Part shown: positions 35,575 through 48,981 of the stretch, piece after piece
Layout of the letters: every line of letters starts with the position of its first letter
Numbering within the stretch: the first letter of the stretch is position 1
Assembly: GCA_001949185.1 (NCBI GenBank)
Contig: BDGG01000007.1
Coordinates: forward strand, 1,198,730-1,262,729
DNA: 64,000 nucleotides
Origin: Ramazzottius varieornatus
Lineage: Eukaryota > Animalia > Tardigrada
Reading direction: 5' to 3'
Program-made: the position numbers and the translations under genes
The notes under the pieces: generated by a model
The model's input: the letters and a program-made list of their open reading frames with translations, nothing else
Database searches by the model: none
What the model was told of the DNA's origin: nothing

Positions 35575-36245
35575 AAAAGCTGCGAGATGTAGTAGTAAAA
35601 ATTAGTTTTTTGAAAAATTTCGTTGAATTGCATGTGGTCGATTTTGCGGTGATTTCGGGTTCGGAGCTGAGGAAAAATTGGCGAAACAATTCAACTGACC
35701 ATTCTACCTAAAAGAGAGCAGCGCACGTTTCGTTCTTTCATTTGAATATACTTGGGAGCAGGTTGACTCTGCAGCAGTGAAGATGATCGACGAAAAGTAG
35801 AAGTGCAGATGGGGGGTCGGTTTTTTTCTTGTAGACAGGGTACATGGCGCCTCTTCGATAAAACTACCGAAAACTGCGCGTCCTTTGAAAAACCCGAAAA
35901 AATCCGTAGACAATTCTTATCTAGCGCAAAACGTGACCATGCCATTTCTAATCCGAATATCACAAAAAGTATACTCCCATATTCCAGCCGAAATTTTTAG
36001 ACAGCGGTCGAAACCGAAAATCTGCCGAACGAAATGCGACGACAGTAGGCAGAAAAAGGACAAAGGTTACTAAGGCGGTGAGGCATACAATAAGGTCAGA
36101 ATTTTACCCTTGAGGCTTCCCATAGGTCTTCGGGCCGTCTCGGTTGCTTTTCCGATTCTGTACTGGCTTACCATATATTTTTGGTTCAAAATCATGCCCA
36201 GCTGCACCATGAATTAAAAACCGGCGCTCGTCTCCATATGTTTTT

Positions 36246-37023
36246 ATGGACGAACAACAGAACGTCAGCCATGAACGAGCAGGAAACCTTTGCACCAAAG
36301 GATGCGGCTTCTTTGGCAGTTCCGCCTTTTCCGGCATGTGTTCTCAGTGCTTCAAGTCCACTTCACAAAACGCCGCCCCGTCTCAAGCGCCACCTGCCGG
36401 CGCGACGTTAGGCAAAAGTGACGCTAAAGAAACCTCGAAGCAAGAGGAACCTGGTCTGAATGATAACTCAGGAACTCGACCTGAGGATGATGGTCCATTC
36501 AAAAGCGAGCAGCCTTCGAGTTCAGGTTCGAGTTCGACGGACGACTCGTCTAAAAGTACAGCCAAAGTGAAGGGCGGAGACGACGCGCAGAGTGATGATG
36601 TCGCACCGGCTGTGGATGAGAACATCGCTCCTCGAGTGAAGCGATCGAAGACGGATTTGGAAAAGGAGTCTCCGGAAGAAGTTGTTGAGGATGGCGAGAA
36701 TGGTGGACAGGATTCCAGCAGCGATTCCAGACCAGGAAGTGCCAATAAGAAAATAAGCCGGTGTAAAGAATGCCGTCGTAAAGTGGGGCTGACAGGTGCA
36801 GCAAACAACGCGCCCTTTTTCTCGGGACGAGAACTATCACAGGTACAACTGTAAATTCATGTCATTTTGTGCAGGTTATCAGTGCCGTTGTGGAGGAACA
36901 TTCTGTGGAGCCCATCGATATTCAGACGTTCATAAGTGCGACTTTGATTACAAGCAGATGGGCACCGAAGAAATTCGGAAAAACAACCCTGTCGTCAAAG
37001 GAGATAAGATTCGCAAGCTATGA
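36246..37023 (+). CDS. ZFAND5: A20/AN1 zinc-finger protein (ZFAND5/6-like)
   Basis: LCTKGCGFFGSSAFSGMCSQCFK (A20); RCKECRRKVGLTG/YQCRCGGTFCGAHRYSDVHKCDFDYK..NPVVKGDKIRKL (AN1); exons 36246-36795, 36875-37023. Confidence 0.93.
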
Positions 37024-37199
37024 GCCATTCTTCTGTTCTTGTTGAGATCAATTTGGCTGTGACGATATTATTGTCAACTCATTAATCAGCTGACATCTTT
37101 ACCTTGCAAGTGAAATAAAAATGGCGACATCTGTCTGCCGAACGTACAGAACGTACGTCCATGTAACCGTGGCTACAGTTCAGACAACAATAAGGAACA

Positions 37200-37580
37200 C
37201 ATACTATTCGTCAGACTAATTCCTTACAAACCACGATACTCCATGCTTTTGCAACCGCCTAAAAATCTTCGAAATCTTGTTATCCGCTCAATTACATACT
37301 TCCCGCAGCGTGGGCAGATATCTTTATTAACGACTACCCACTTCAATATACTCATATTGCCCCCTTTGATATACTGTACTAGTTGCCTTCGTCCGTTTTT
37401 CCGACCAGTAGCCCACAATTTCCGATGCTTTCTGTCTCAGGTTGACGGATTTGATCTGACAATGAGCTAGCCACCTGTATGCAGACTTGCTCTGAACTCT
37501 TGTCAATCATTGCTCTTGTTTTGCTGCACACTTGCCATTTTGTCAGATGCGACGACCCGCTCGACGCGACAGTAGCCTCC
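37200..37580 (+). pseudogene. PB2-like relic
   Basis: LVIRSITYFPQRG ~ VIMEVVFPNEVG; ILPPLIYC..FFRPVAH ~ KIAPLMVA..RFLPVAG; SCQSLLLFC ~ VDQSLIIAA. Confidence 0.45.
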
Positions 37581-37639
37581 ACCACAACCATTCGCAGAGG
37601 TAACTCTTATGGTTTTATCAATTCGACTCCCAATTGACG

Positions 37640-38380
37640 ATTGGACGTACCGTAATTAAAGACCGTGTAAATGGTCATCATCACTTTTTTCGCCGATTTT
37701 AGTGGCGGGCCGGAATATTCCAGCACCGATAACAGATGCAAACAATTGCTACTCGGGTTCCACCAGTTACTTTAACGAGAGCTAGCGAGCAGCCTGTCTA
37801 ACCAACAACCCTGCCCTGTTGGCACCCTATAAAGGCATTTGGCATGAGAGCCCCCGATCTTCATGCGAGGGCAAGTACTGTTACATCAATTTGCTCGGAG
37901 CCGATTTGTTATTCGAGAATTATCGAAGGACAAAGAAACTGCCAATGTACGGTAAGTCTTCTCTCTGCCTTCATAGTTGCATTGGTAATGCCAAGTAATG
38001 CCGGAAAGCAGTGCAGTAATTGGTATTCTCTTCCTAAGAGCACGTTAATGTTATCGACTCGCGAACCAAATGCCTTGAATGGGGAGCCGCCGAGCTCCTG
38101 ACTTACTCAGTGCGTTGACGCGCTTGCACAGCCTTGTGAGAAGCTTGAAAAGACCGAAAAAAAGCACGCTCGGCTTACGGGCGAGACCCCCTACCGCAAA
38201 CCTTTTATCGATATTTCGCCAGCAGACATACGTTTCTGGTAAACACGGTCCGGAAACAAAGGTTGTAACGGTTTACGAGCATGTCTTTAATGAGTGGACC
38301 TCTCTGTAAACAGTTCGGGAGAGTTCTGCACTTTTTTGTTGACGTTCCCGCATTACAGTACGAAAAGCAGCAGTCTCTAA
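37640..38380 (+). pseudogene. PB2-like relic, N-terminal fragment
   Basis: ALLAPYKGIW ~ VMVSPLAVTW; FIVALVMPSNAG ~ VIMEVVFPNEVG; LSALTRLHSLVRSLKRPKK ~ IAPLMVAYMLERELVRKTR. Confidence 0.5.
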
Positions 38381-38399
38381 AATTTAATTCCTTTCCCTG

Positions 38400-39130
38400 A
38401 TGCCTTTGAAACATTAAAAACAAATAATGTTTCTGTGGCTAAACCTCGGCCAACCCTCGGCTTCCCAGTGAAGCTGAGGGTTTTGCGAGGTAAACCCGAT
38501 GTGCTGATGTTGCACCAGCACAAACCGTAAAAAAATCCAAATAGTTCTGTGATTTTCCCTGACGGGGAGGCGTAGCTAAATTGAACTTGGTTTTTGACTG
38601 TTTCCGGCTGCGTGTCAACTTTCGCGAAATCTCGTTTTGAAAATTCTAGACTTTCGATTTTCTCCGACATTTTGCTTATCTCGTCCATTCTGTTTCGTAA
38701 GCCATCCCTTGTTGGTCATTCGGGACACAAAATGATTTGGGAAGGGAGTTCGGGAGTTAGACGACGGACGGAGAAGCACGGAGTCTGCGAAGACAAGTTT
38801 TCGCAGCTGATGCAATCACCGCAATTTGCTCGGACAAACTGATAATCACTGCATCTATTTCCAACGTCTCGTATGCATCCTGATGTTGCTTTCCAGTTTT
38901 CATACCACAAGTAGAAAAGGTCGCGAAGCCTCGCGGTGTCTGTCTTCTGATACCTAAACCTTCTCGCGTATGTCTTAGGCGGCAGTCGGGACTTGGAAAT
39001 GTGTCCATCGGCGATGTCGCTTCCTCCGCTGGATTTCCTGCATCGAGCTTTGTTACATGCCTAGAGTATAGTCCTGGATTTTTCAACTTTTTGCCTCCTT
39101 TCTTCTTTCCTGTCGTTGTTTGCGGATTTG
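38400..39130 (-). mobile_element. Degenerate LINE ORF1-like remnant (Cys-rich then coiled coil)
   Basis: Frameshifted Cys-rich segment (CGDCISC..ILCPE) followed by RMDEISKMSEKIESLE..QFSYAS. Confidence 0.3.
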
Positions 39131-39149
39131 AGGAGCAGCGAAGTGGAAA

Positions 39150-40700
39150 ACAATAAAATCATCATTTTGGGTTTCATCAGGGTTCGTGTCCCAGTAGTTA
39201 CCATGAAAATATCGGAACTTTTTCATGTCCCATAAAATTATATTTCCCAGCGGTAAACCAGTAATGTCATTTTCATGTCAATTTTTGGGTTGCCTGTGGG
39301 TTTGTATCTGGACCATAGCTGTAACCTCAGGGATTCCAGGAGGTTTCAGCGACGGATCCGAAGGCCGTGGCAACAGGGTTTGTCGCTGTATACGCCTTAA
39401 TTGCAGAATCTTTGCAGTTCGAAGTTTCAGCATTATATAAAATAATCTCTTTTCAGACAGCGTGACTTTGACCCGATCATGTGCTATACTGGCCCCTACA
39501 GCCACGTACGGCTGCAAATGGCGTGGTCAAACGCACGGACAGTATGTCTGCGTCTGCGACTGGAATCTATGCAACAGAGACCTCAGCCTCCTTGAGATAT
39601 TCTAGGGCATCTCGAACAACAGCGATCCGTTTCAGATGACGCCAGTCATGATCCGTAACAGGGAACGGCTGCAGAACATTACTCTAACAGCCGACGATTA
39701 CCAAAAGAGGTTGCAGGACGGCATCGCGTCCGCTGGGTTCGCTACGGATACGCACAGTCCTGGGTTGAAGCGCAAGAACGAAAAGCCAACGAATCTGTAA
39801 CCGTAACAAGTGCAAACCAAGGTTGTCGAAATGCTCCTTCGAGCGAATTTTTTTTTTGCTAGCGTCATATTACCTACTAGAGTCGTTGCTGAATGTCGGA
39901 GGGTTTTATCGCCAATGTTTTAGATTAGCTTGTTTCGCTCGTCGAATCGCACAATCATTTAACTGTTCTGGTGTGACTACATGTGATGCACCACAGTGGA
40001 ACTGTTGCTGGTCGGAAACATTTTCACCCAGCCGTCCCAAAGAAAGAGCGGCGCGAGTCGCCGAGGGGTCCCTGCTGCATTTACGGACGACGTGTTCGCC
40101 TTGGATCTAAAGCTCAGTATCTGCCGTCTTCATGACATTATCTGAGCAGAAGCATGGCATCCTGCTCACTTCAAGCTGAAAAAATCGGGGAAACTTTGGC
40201 TCTCTGAAGCACCGTTTCCGGACACAGCAGGAACCGCGATCCGGCCAGAGCTGGCAGCAACCTCCTCGGTTTTGCAGAAGAAATCTTTCTGCTGCAGCAA
40301 TACCTGTACGTGATAGCAAGTGCAACTTAGTCTTGGGCGTTAGCACCAGTTGTGGGCTGTGCTTTGACACCTGATGGGGGACAGGTGTCAGACGATAGCC
40401 CAAAACTGGTGCTTGCGCATTTTAACCATTCGGATTTTATCATGTGTCGGATATCAATCAGTTGCTGACGCTGTTTTTGTGTATCAAGCCAGGCACGGTA
40501 AAGGTCACCCTCAGCTCGCCGTGGAATTAACCAAGGTGGTAGCCGTTCAGCGCGAAACAAGGAAACTGGACGAACTGATCCGCAGCGTGAAAACATCTCT
40601 AGACTGGCAGTACCATAGCGTATGTACATCACTCGCTAAAAGCCCGAAAGATGCAGGTTTGCTGCACCTGCAGATACCACGGTCCTCTGAATCCGGATTG
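39150..40700 (-). pseudogene. PB2-like relic (~aa 100-650)
   Basis: HLLSRTGIAAAERFLLQNRGG ~ YMLERELVRKTRFLPVAGG; EHVVRKCSRDP ~ RNIVRRATVSADP; LLRLQIR ~ LQTLKIR; SGRDAVLQPLLVI ~ SGRDEQSIAEAIIV; HDRVKVTLSEKRL ~ TERVVVSIDRFL; VPIFSW ~ SPVFNY. Confidence 0.6.
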
Positions 40701-40947
40701 TCGATATGAATAATAATAATCTCCTTTTCATTTTGCTAATCTACTCTGGAGCAAAATTTGAACCAGTAAGGATTATGCCAACAGGTCACTATATGCTGCC
40801 GTTATTTAGAATACAGTACTCAAAACCGAAGCGCAGCTCGGATTGAACGCTCTTTATATGGAAATATGTACAAAAATCGCATGAAGCGGTGTATAGATTT
40901 CAGTGAACCAGACTGTAGTTCGAGTGGTAAGAAATGCTCGTTGACTT

Positions 40948-42170
40948 TCATGTGCGGAATCCCATCACTTCCGAATACGATGGAGGAATGGTCAAATGCA
41001 GCTTCTTCTCGTGGACAGTCGAAGCCGTACTCGGCGCTGAAGAGTCTGTCCTGGCGGGTCTCGACGTAGCGAGCGCGATGGAATACCTTGGCGGGTGCAA
41101 GTCGACATTCGAAGATACTGCCGACGAAGATACCGTAGGATGAACAGTCGGCAATCTCAACTGATGTTCGCCACTTCGTTCCACGACCACACGCGAAGGT
41201 GCGGCTGTAGGGACTGTTGGTATTGTAGGCAGGATATTCAGCATGCGTTCTCGGACGCCTTCTTCTTCGTCTTGACGGTTTCGTGCGTCCTTTCGTTTCA
41301 CGACAAAGAATGTCAGTAAGACTTTAGCGGACCAGGCAAAGATTAGTGCTTGGAGGAACGCCATGATGAAGCCTCCGATGAAGAGAGTTTCGCCCTTCTC
41401 CCATCTCTCTTTGGACTTCTTTGTGGTGGCGCCACTGGTGGTGTTCTGGATGTCGGGTACTTCGCGCGCGCCCTCTAGCGAAGTCATGCCACTGAGGACG
41501 ATAGAGATGAAGAGTAGGGATTGATAAAGGCAAGCGGCAATTTTGGGAAAGTTTTTGTGTTCCTTAATTTGTCCCCGAGGAGGATCGGGCTCGTACACTG
41601 GCAGGATGTTGCCGGTAATGCAGCACGTCAGGCAGATGCCGAAGACACCGGTAAAGATGCTCCATAATGCCGCTATTGAGCCAATCGGTTGCACATCTGT
41701 AAAGAAAATCCCACTTGTTGTGCTATTCGACCTCAGATCTGGATCAGGAATCACCGGGTTTAAAATAATTTCATTCCAGCATGAGGATCGATTGTTCCGT
41801 CATTCATTAAGACGACCACGTGCCTGTGGAGTTACATTCGGCATTTTGCTTCATGCATATGTGTCATAATTTTTCCTTACTCGAAATTATGTTGGGATTC
41901 AATAAGAGCGGAACTAAAGTTGCTCAATCTTCATAAAATGGTATGAAAAGCTAAAAACGAACCGTATTCCTTATTACCTCCAAGCTGCATTCGGAAGGTT
42001 CCGGCAGCACTGCCACCAATAACGACTTGAGCAACTCCCAGGAAGAACAAGGTACACTTTGGTCGGTCCCGTTTGTCTTCAGCGTATGACGCATGTCTTC
42101 CAAACGAGATGGCTTCCGGTATTCCAAAAGGCTGCGGCGAATACCGTTGCATCATAATTAGATTGGCCAT
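40948..42170 (-). CDS. Four-TM protein, MS4A/CD20-like, with PPxY tail
   Basis: Two exons (42170-~41978, ~41697-40948); LGVAQVVIG, AALWSIFTGVFGI and two more TM helices; PPRY and PPSY motifs. Confidence 0.7.
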
Positions 42171-42799
42171 AATGCAACTCTTGGCAGCTTGGAGGTTCTA
42201 GAATCGTCTCGCTTAATAATCCACTCACACAGGTAATCAAAAAAACAGAAATACAGGATGGCGAAGAGGAAAACTGTATAGTTGGACAATCTTGAAACGA
42301 CAAGATAATCACCGGCTCTACTCTTTCATAACACTGCCGCACTTCCGGCTCCTTGTTTCAAACAACGAGGAACAACCTTCCAGGGAAGTCTGATCGAAGC
42401 TAACTATGACTTCGAGGGAAATGAATACGATCGTTGGTTGAAAGGGAGAAAATCAAAATGGGAGGAGAAGACGCAAATGAGGAAATGTAGAAGATTGGGA
42501 CTCTTGCGGCGATATTTGATCGCGTTGGATAACGTTTCCAGGAAGATCGACTGTGGGCTCCCTGATGCTTGAGTAATAGACGATACAGTGGGCAAGAGCA
42601 ATCGCCAGCTGGTTAGAGGAACTGCTTTTATTGAGTGGCAAACTGTACTTCAAACTCGACTCACTCCAACAACTTGGTAAACCGGAAGGAATGAAGGGGA
42701 GCAAGCCAGCCAGCCAGCCAGCGAACCAGCGAACCGGCACAGGACGGCAAGAGACGAGAGGAAAAGAGAATGGAACACACACAGTGGGATTTGTGAGCC

Positions 42800-43520
42800 T
42801 ACTAACGATTACTTGGGCTTTTCTTTTATGTCATTGTCAGGCTGCCTCCCTCCCTTACAAGCTGTGCCATTCCCCTGTTCACATCGACGTTGTTCCACTC
42901 GATCGACATCGAACTGTGCCGACAGGCAACATGGCTTTATCAGGCTTGACAGTACAACCACACTGCAGAGCTCCTGACAGCCCAACCAACGAGGTTCTCT
43001 CATGGATCGGTCGCGTCTTCCTGTACGTTTCCAGTACGCGTAAATTTCCACCTTATCACTGGGATGAAATTTAGATCGGCTTTTAGGAGTGGCGCATACC
43101 TTCAGTTGATAATACTGAAGACGTGCGCCACAGGGAAAAACGATCCGGTCGAGTTTTCTTGCCGACCTCCTTAGCTGCTTTGTGGCATTTCTTGAGGCCT
43201 CACCAAGGCATCGGTCCATCCGCCTATGGTAAGCCTACATCCGGTCTCTCGTTGTGATACGTAACACGTCTATTTTTTTCACGAGAATCAGACCAAAGAA
43301 GGAAGTGGCTCTTTTGTGGGTGCTCTCAGCCCGTCAACACTGCGCCAGTCTCTATAAAAACAACAGAACGAATGTTGTTTTTCCCCACCAAGGCTAACGC
43401 TGTATTCCATATCGATCCCCGGCAGATTACATGTAGCTGTAAGGGTTAGCCCAGCTTTTTTAATCAAATAAGCCCAAAGAACGTGTCACAGCAATGCGAT
43501 CGCTATTCCCCTCACGCCAT
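42800..43520 (-). pseudogene. PB2-like relic, N-terminal fragment
   Basis: FLLWSDSREKNRRVT ~ QTLWSKTNDAGSDRVM; SARKLDRIVFPCGARL ~ SAKE..EVVFPNEVGARI; EIYAYWKR ~ LMVAYMLE. Confidence 0.55.
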
Positions 43521-43984
43521 GTTTGCCATACCGTCCACGCGAGATCGATGAGGAGCCTGTCCTAATGAACAAATCTCAAGGGCACGTGTTGCCTCGATAT
43601 GGACATCGATACCGCACCCATCGTTTGTGTTGACAGCTGCCTGGTCACGCTTGCACTAAAACAGGAAGAGCTCGTTGTGCCTAACTACACCGCAGTTCAT
43701 AAAATTCTGATGTGCGCCACTCAGTACGGGAAACTTTGAATCAAGAACCGATTTCGATGACGAACACAGCTGGAGACAGTATTTGATATTTGTGGACCAG
43801 ATATTGTTTCCATTAGCCTTTTAAACTTGTCGAATATCCAGAAATAATTACAGAATAATGGATGAAAACCATGATTTATACAATAGCAGCTCGTATTCAC
43901 CGGTAAGCTAAGCTAACTCGAAAGCCTCAACCAGCTGAAAAGTAGCAATAGCTGCATGGGGCTTAATTAAAGTAATCTCTGCTT

Positions 43985-46726
43985 CTATAGCCTTGTGTCA
44001 ACTGCTCTGAACTTGTCGGGACAAAGCGACTTCCTTCCGGACTGGGCCGAGTGTATTCTCAGGACTTGCACCAAGCTCTCCACCCGCTTGCCACAGCGGG
44101 ATTGACAAGTGTGGCGGATTTTATTGATCCTTCTCAGGAACCGCTGTACTCGACCTACGACCACAATGAATCCATTGAGCTTCAAGGGGTTCATGACTTT
44201 AACGAGATCGAAATTGACGTACGATATCTGGCGGTCCCGAGAAATTTGTAGTCTTCGATAGTCCTATCCCGGTGGAACTCCCACAGCTTCAGTGTCGTTG
44301 AGTTGATATCGGCGGTGTTCGTGTTGAGTGTCCACGTGTGGATAGAAATTGTTTCTTCTTCCGGTAACCTCAGGGCGATCTGGATAATACCGTCGTGTAA
44401 ATTCTCGTAGACGAGGTAGTCCTTCTCACGGAGACACAGGAATGATCCGCCGGACGACACGTTAGCGATGTCGTTACTGTCTGCAAACGTGCGGCGTTTT
44501 TCCATTGTTCAGTAAAGACTCTTATGAAATCGACAGTTCAGCGTACCTTCGGGCGGGCAAACCGGACAACAGTGGCCGGGTTTATGCACCGGTCTTGCAC
44601 AGGGAAGGTTGCCTCGGTCGCAGGTAGGTCGCCGACAGCGTACTGTACCGCTCATGCATTCACAGACGACGCACTTCATGCGACCAAAAGGCGGGATGAT
44701 GGGGTTCCACTGCGAGCCATCTTCATATTTTTCCGGTCCAGATATACACTCGGTCGATTCTAATCGAGAAAAAAATAAACAACGATAAAGGCATCGTTTT
44801 GCCACCTGCCACCTTCCTAAGAATATCTGACCAAAATACAGCAAAATGGGTTGACTTGAATACCTGGCTTCTCTTCATCCACGGTTTCAGAATATGGGTC
44901 GAGCTCTGTATCAGAGTTTCCATCGGCCTCATCGGTCTCAACTACCGATATTCCACCGGCGTCGTTCTCAACAAATTCTAAACATCAGAATATGTTCTCT
45001 AGGCGGATCAGCTCAAATACAGGAATTAAGGTCTAGTTCGTTCCATCGAACGTGAGCCTTACCTTGACAAATAGGGCAGCAACTGTCTGCAGTTGCCGTT
45101 AACACTCCTCCTCTGCAGGAGTAAGAACACATGCGCAGGTAGCAGATAGTATTGCCCGCTTGGCAGTCGCACTGGACACACTGGTTGTCCGTGTTTGGCC
45201 TGACGGCAGTTGTGTTGGCTTCAGGTGCCCAACGCTGTCCTTCCTGGTACACTTGGCCGTTATGATGGCAGCGCTTGGGCGTGGCCGGCTGGGAAGAACC
45301 TCTCGAGGGACTTTTACGCGAAGCCGTTATAGTATTTTCCACCTCTACAACGGTGACGAATACGGTGGAACTTTCGCCCATGCTATGAACATGGTATTTT
45401 TTTATCGAGAACGTACCTGCGCAAACCGGACAGCATGTATTCGGAACATCAACAATTTTCAGGCACTTATCCATATCGGGACACTTTTTGGCCATCGGCA
45501 AGCACTGTACACTTAAAGACTCCTGTAAAAAACCAAACAAACCGATACCATGATTTCCCCGTGGTAGACGGCAACTGGAAAAGTACACTTTAAGCTATTT
45601 CGTATCGAAAAACTTTACACATCCGTTTACTCCGACATCGATTCTAAAGCCAAATATCGTCAATATGATGCAGGCAGCCAGAGCGTATGAATCTCAAACG
45701 TTTGAGTGAACCAGTACTAACTTTTTCTCTACGAGTGATCTTTCTTATTTCAACAATGCTTCCTACTTACGGGTAAGCATGTGCAATTTATGCACTGGAA
45801 ATCTTTCTGGCTTCCCACACGAACTTCCCAGCTGCTGCCCACGCGGTATTGGTGCACTTGGGTGCTCTGAAAATCACAGGTTGCTGTTGTGCCGACGTGG
45901 TTGACGGCTGACGTCGACACTGTAACGAAAAGAAAGCATATTTATACATCCGACAATCACGTTTATATACTGGCAAATTCCAAAAGTGATCTCACGTGTC
46001 GCCAGTCAGCCTATTTCCGTCCTTACGATTACTAATCGTTCTAAATGCATGTCGCGTCGTATAGCGGAGGCGGTAGACTTGCACACTCAGGATACCATAA
46101 ACAGCGCTGTTTGTGATCTTCATCCTATTTGCGGTGTCCTTTCCTAGAGACACCCTCGCCACGCACCGCTGTAAGATTATAGAGCTAATATTCTAGGTTC
46201 GACTTTCTGACAGGGAACAGTTCGCCAGTCTTGTAAATTATGAAGGATGTGTCATGTTCGTTTGGTTAACTTGTCTATCTTAGCAATATTGTGCGGCTCA
46301 TCAAAGTCCCGCGGAAAAATTCCCCTTTGGCTCGAGCGAATTCAGAGGTCTTCTTTTTAGCCTGGGTGTCTTCCAGTTCGGCCGGCGCACATCTGGTTGG
46401 TCTTGGCCGAACTAGGATAAGCATGACTGGAAAGTCACCTTCCTTCAACAGGTCTACAACTGAGTGGCGCCTATAAAACGCGGGCAGACGGCGACACTAC
46501 GTCGTGCATCATCGTCCTAAGCGTCAAATCCTTCGTCACTGCGTTCGACTTCCGTGAAACAAAGCGTCTGCTTCGTACGCCAGGGTACCCTGGTTCGCCA
46601 CAGAAGAAAAAAAAACAGAAAAAAGTTCGACAGAATACTCAACTCACCTGAGAGAACGAGAAAGCAAATGACGAACATTCCGACGTGCGTCCAGTTGACC
46701 AATGTCCATCTTTCCATTACAGCCAT
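43985..46726 (-). CDS. CHRDL: Chordin-like protein (three vWC domains + CHRDL-type C-terminal domain)
   Basis: Signal exon 46726/46717-46648; vWC repeats YRVGSSW..CINCTC..CCPVC, YQEGQRW..CVQCDC..CCPIC, YEDGSQWNPIIPPFGRMKCVVCEC..CCPVC; IALRLPEEETISIHTWTL resembles the CHRDL1/2 C-terminus; last exon ends at 43985. Confidence 0.8.
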
Positions 46727-47200
46727 TTCCTGAAGAGGACCGACCCGCTCGCAGTAGATCAAACGCTTTCTGGCTCTCCTCTACAAGTGAGGTCCCTTAT
46801 TTATATCCGAGTGGTAGTGGACGTCAGAGACTACCCAGGACTATGTTGCAACAACAGAACAATGATCCATGGGAAACTTCAAAAGATGAATATCAAACGG
46901 AAAAAGGTTCGCCACAGACGCACTTCCGTTCTTCTCCAGCTCAACACAAAAAATTCAACTTTGCAAACGACAATGCAAGTTTACTGGTAAAGTCAAGATT
47001 AACTGCGTCAAAGCTGCAACTTGAGGACAGCTGCAAATGGCTGTACTCGAACCTCGAAAAGGTTAAGTAGGGTCTCGATTCTCTCCCAGCGACTGTTTAG
47101 ACGTGGTGCTATCTAGACCTTTTCGGAAGATGCTCGAGCACAACAAGGAAGAGAAAGACTTTGTCGACCAAGATATGGGCATACGTCCTTGCCTCTTATA
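46050..47200 (+). pseudogene. PB2-like relic flanking or overlapping CHRDL exon 1 (antisense)
   Basis: ILFAVSFPRD ~ VIMEVVFPNE; GQTATLRRAS ~ RRATAILRKAT; SKDEYQTEK ~ GVDEYSSTER; LEDSCKWLYSNLEKVK ~ LVNTYQWIIRNWETVK; RPFRKML ~ EPFQSLV. Confidence 0.55.
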
Positions 47201-47599
47201 CGATGGTCGTCGGCGTCATGATCGCGGTCGCGTGGCGTCGCGGGCTGAAGCGCGACGCCGCCATGGAGCCCGTGTCTGTCAAGACATGTACACCGGGCTT
47301 CCTGATTGACAAGCTGGCCTCAAGACGGCCACAAGGACTGCACGGCGTCATGCGGTGCGGAGGGGTGTGCGGACATGGCCATGGCTAACCATGGCTTACA
47401 GCCCGCCTCCCCGTCTGCAACCACTGTTACGCCACTTGGCCACAGAGATGATAAATGTCACTTTAAACACCGGTTAAGCGCACTTTAATTGCCCCGACAC
47501 ACCACTCTAACAAGACATGCTAACTTAAAATCGCTTTACTGTCTGCTGCCCGCAATGATTGATATGAGTTGAAACTATCATCATGGGCTGACCCAACGA

Positions 47600-48170
47600 C
47601 GACTCATTGCTACGTATCGATACATCCCATTGGACCCGCAAATTCTTCGGGTTTAGAGAAAACTTTGACTCGGCCCAGGAAGTCCTGGCGTTAGTTTCGC
47701 GTCGTCTGCTTTTTTGACAGCATTCCGGAAGTCACGAAACTTATTAAATTTGACAATCTGGCCGTCTTAAAAAGGAGCCCAATGTCATTGAGTTTTCTCG
47801 TAGGACAGACCACAGGCTAGACATCTTGTGTGCGTTTATTGATTCACCGTGACTTTTGTGGTTTCAGGAAGATAACTTCTCTTCTTCCACGTGCACTGTC
47901 CACTTTTCTACACGATCGTTACTATTCCGTCTATCCATAGTAGCTAAAAAGCTGCCTACTCGAAAAACAGAGGTGTGGTGACAACGGCGGATGAAACCAA
48001 AAGGAAATACTGTACTGTAAATTACGGAGTGGTGCACAGGCGTATAAGCGTAAGCAGATTGCAAGGTACGATTTGAGGAGTACCAGTCTTGTCGTAAGGC
48101 TATCTGGCGACGGCGCTTCATTTCAAAATCAAAACACGGCGCCAGTACCGCCATCCCACACGGTCATTTT
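47600..48170 (-). pseudogene. Possible PB2-like relic
   Basis: HSVIYSTVFP ~ QDVIMEVVFP; RVKVFSKPEEF ~ KIRVHEGYEEF. Confidence 0.35.
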
Positions 48171-48981
48171 GATACAGTGAGCGGTAAAAAGTCAAGTTTG
48201 CTGGCAATTGCTCGATGCGATCGACCGCCATACACCGGCAAGCAACAAGTTGGTCCCTCAGTTCCATGTCTACCTAGCTACAGTCTCCGTACTTTTCACC
48301 GGCTTGAACAATACACTTATTGCCTCCTTCAGACAGGCGACACGCCACTCCAATTAACTTCATTAACGCCTTCCCTCCTTTCTCCTCAAACGTTAATCAT
48401 CGGTCCGCTCCGGTCTGTAGATCATCGATAGGCGATATTACCTGTACTTATGCTGTGTACAGCATATACCTGGCTAGCCACGTGTGACGCCAATAAAAGA
48501 TAGCCGGTTAGATTGGCCGCAAACACCTCGCAAAGTCAGTTTGCTCTTTTAGACTTAGGGCTTTTCTCTCATCTCAACTGGCAGACGACCTCTTTCAAGT
48601 GTCCGTCTGTCTTTGAGCAATAGCCCTGATTGTGTCCACCCGTCGACGTCTGCCTGTTTGTCTCCGATAATTTCCTTGTTGTTCACCAAAACTTACTTAT
48701 ACCTTCAAATAACACCTAAAACCCAAAAAAACGTAGTAAAAGTCTGCCAAATTTCGTCGCAATCAGCGACGAAATTTCCGACCCTGAATAGGATTTTCAT
48801 GCAACTGCGGAAAAATCTGTAAACAGATGCTCAACCATTCTGTTAAAATGGCGGTTTGAAATTGTACAACAGCTTACAAGTTACAACGTAAAAAAGTTCG
48901 AGAGCGTAACAATGAATGATAATAATAAAAAGTAGGGGAAATTCAACCAGGCGTGAAACTATCCAAAATTAAGCCAACTTT

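Noticed and set aside
43600-43950. ELVVPNY..KIL and YTIAARI resembling PB2
   Set aside because: Plausible but spacing unverified; may be the CHRDL 3' UTR.
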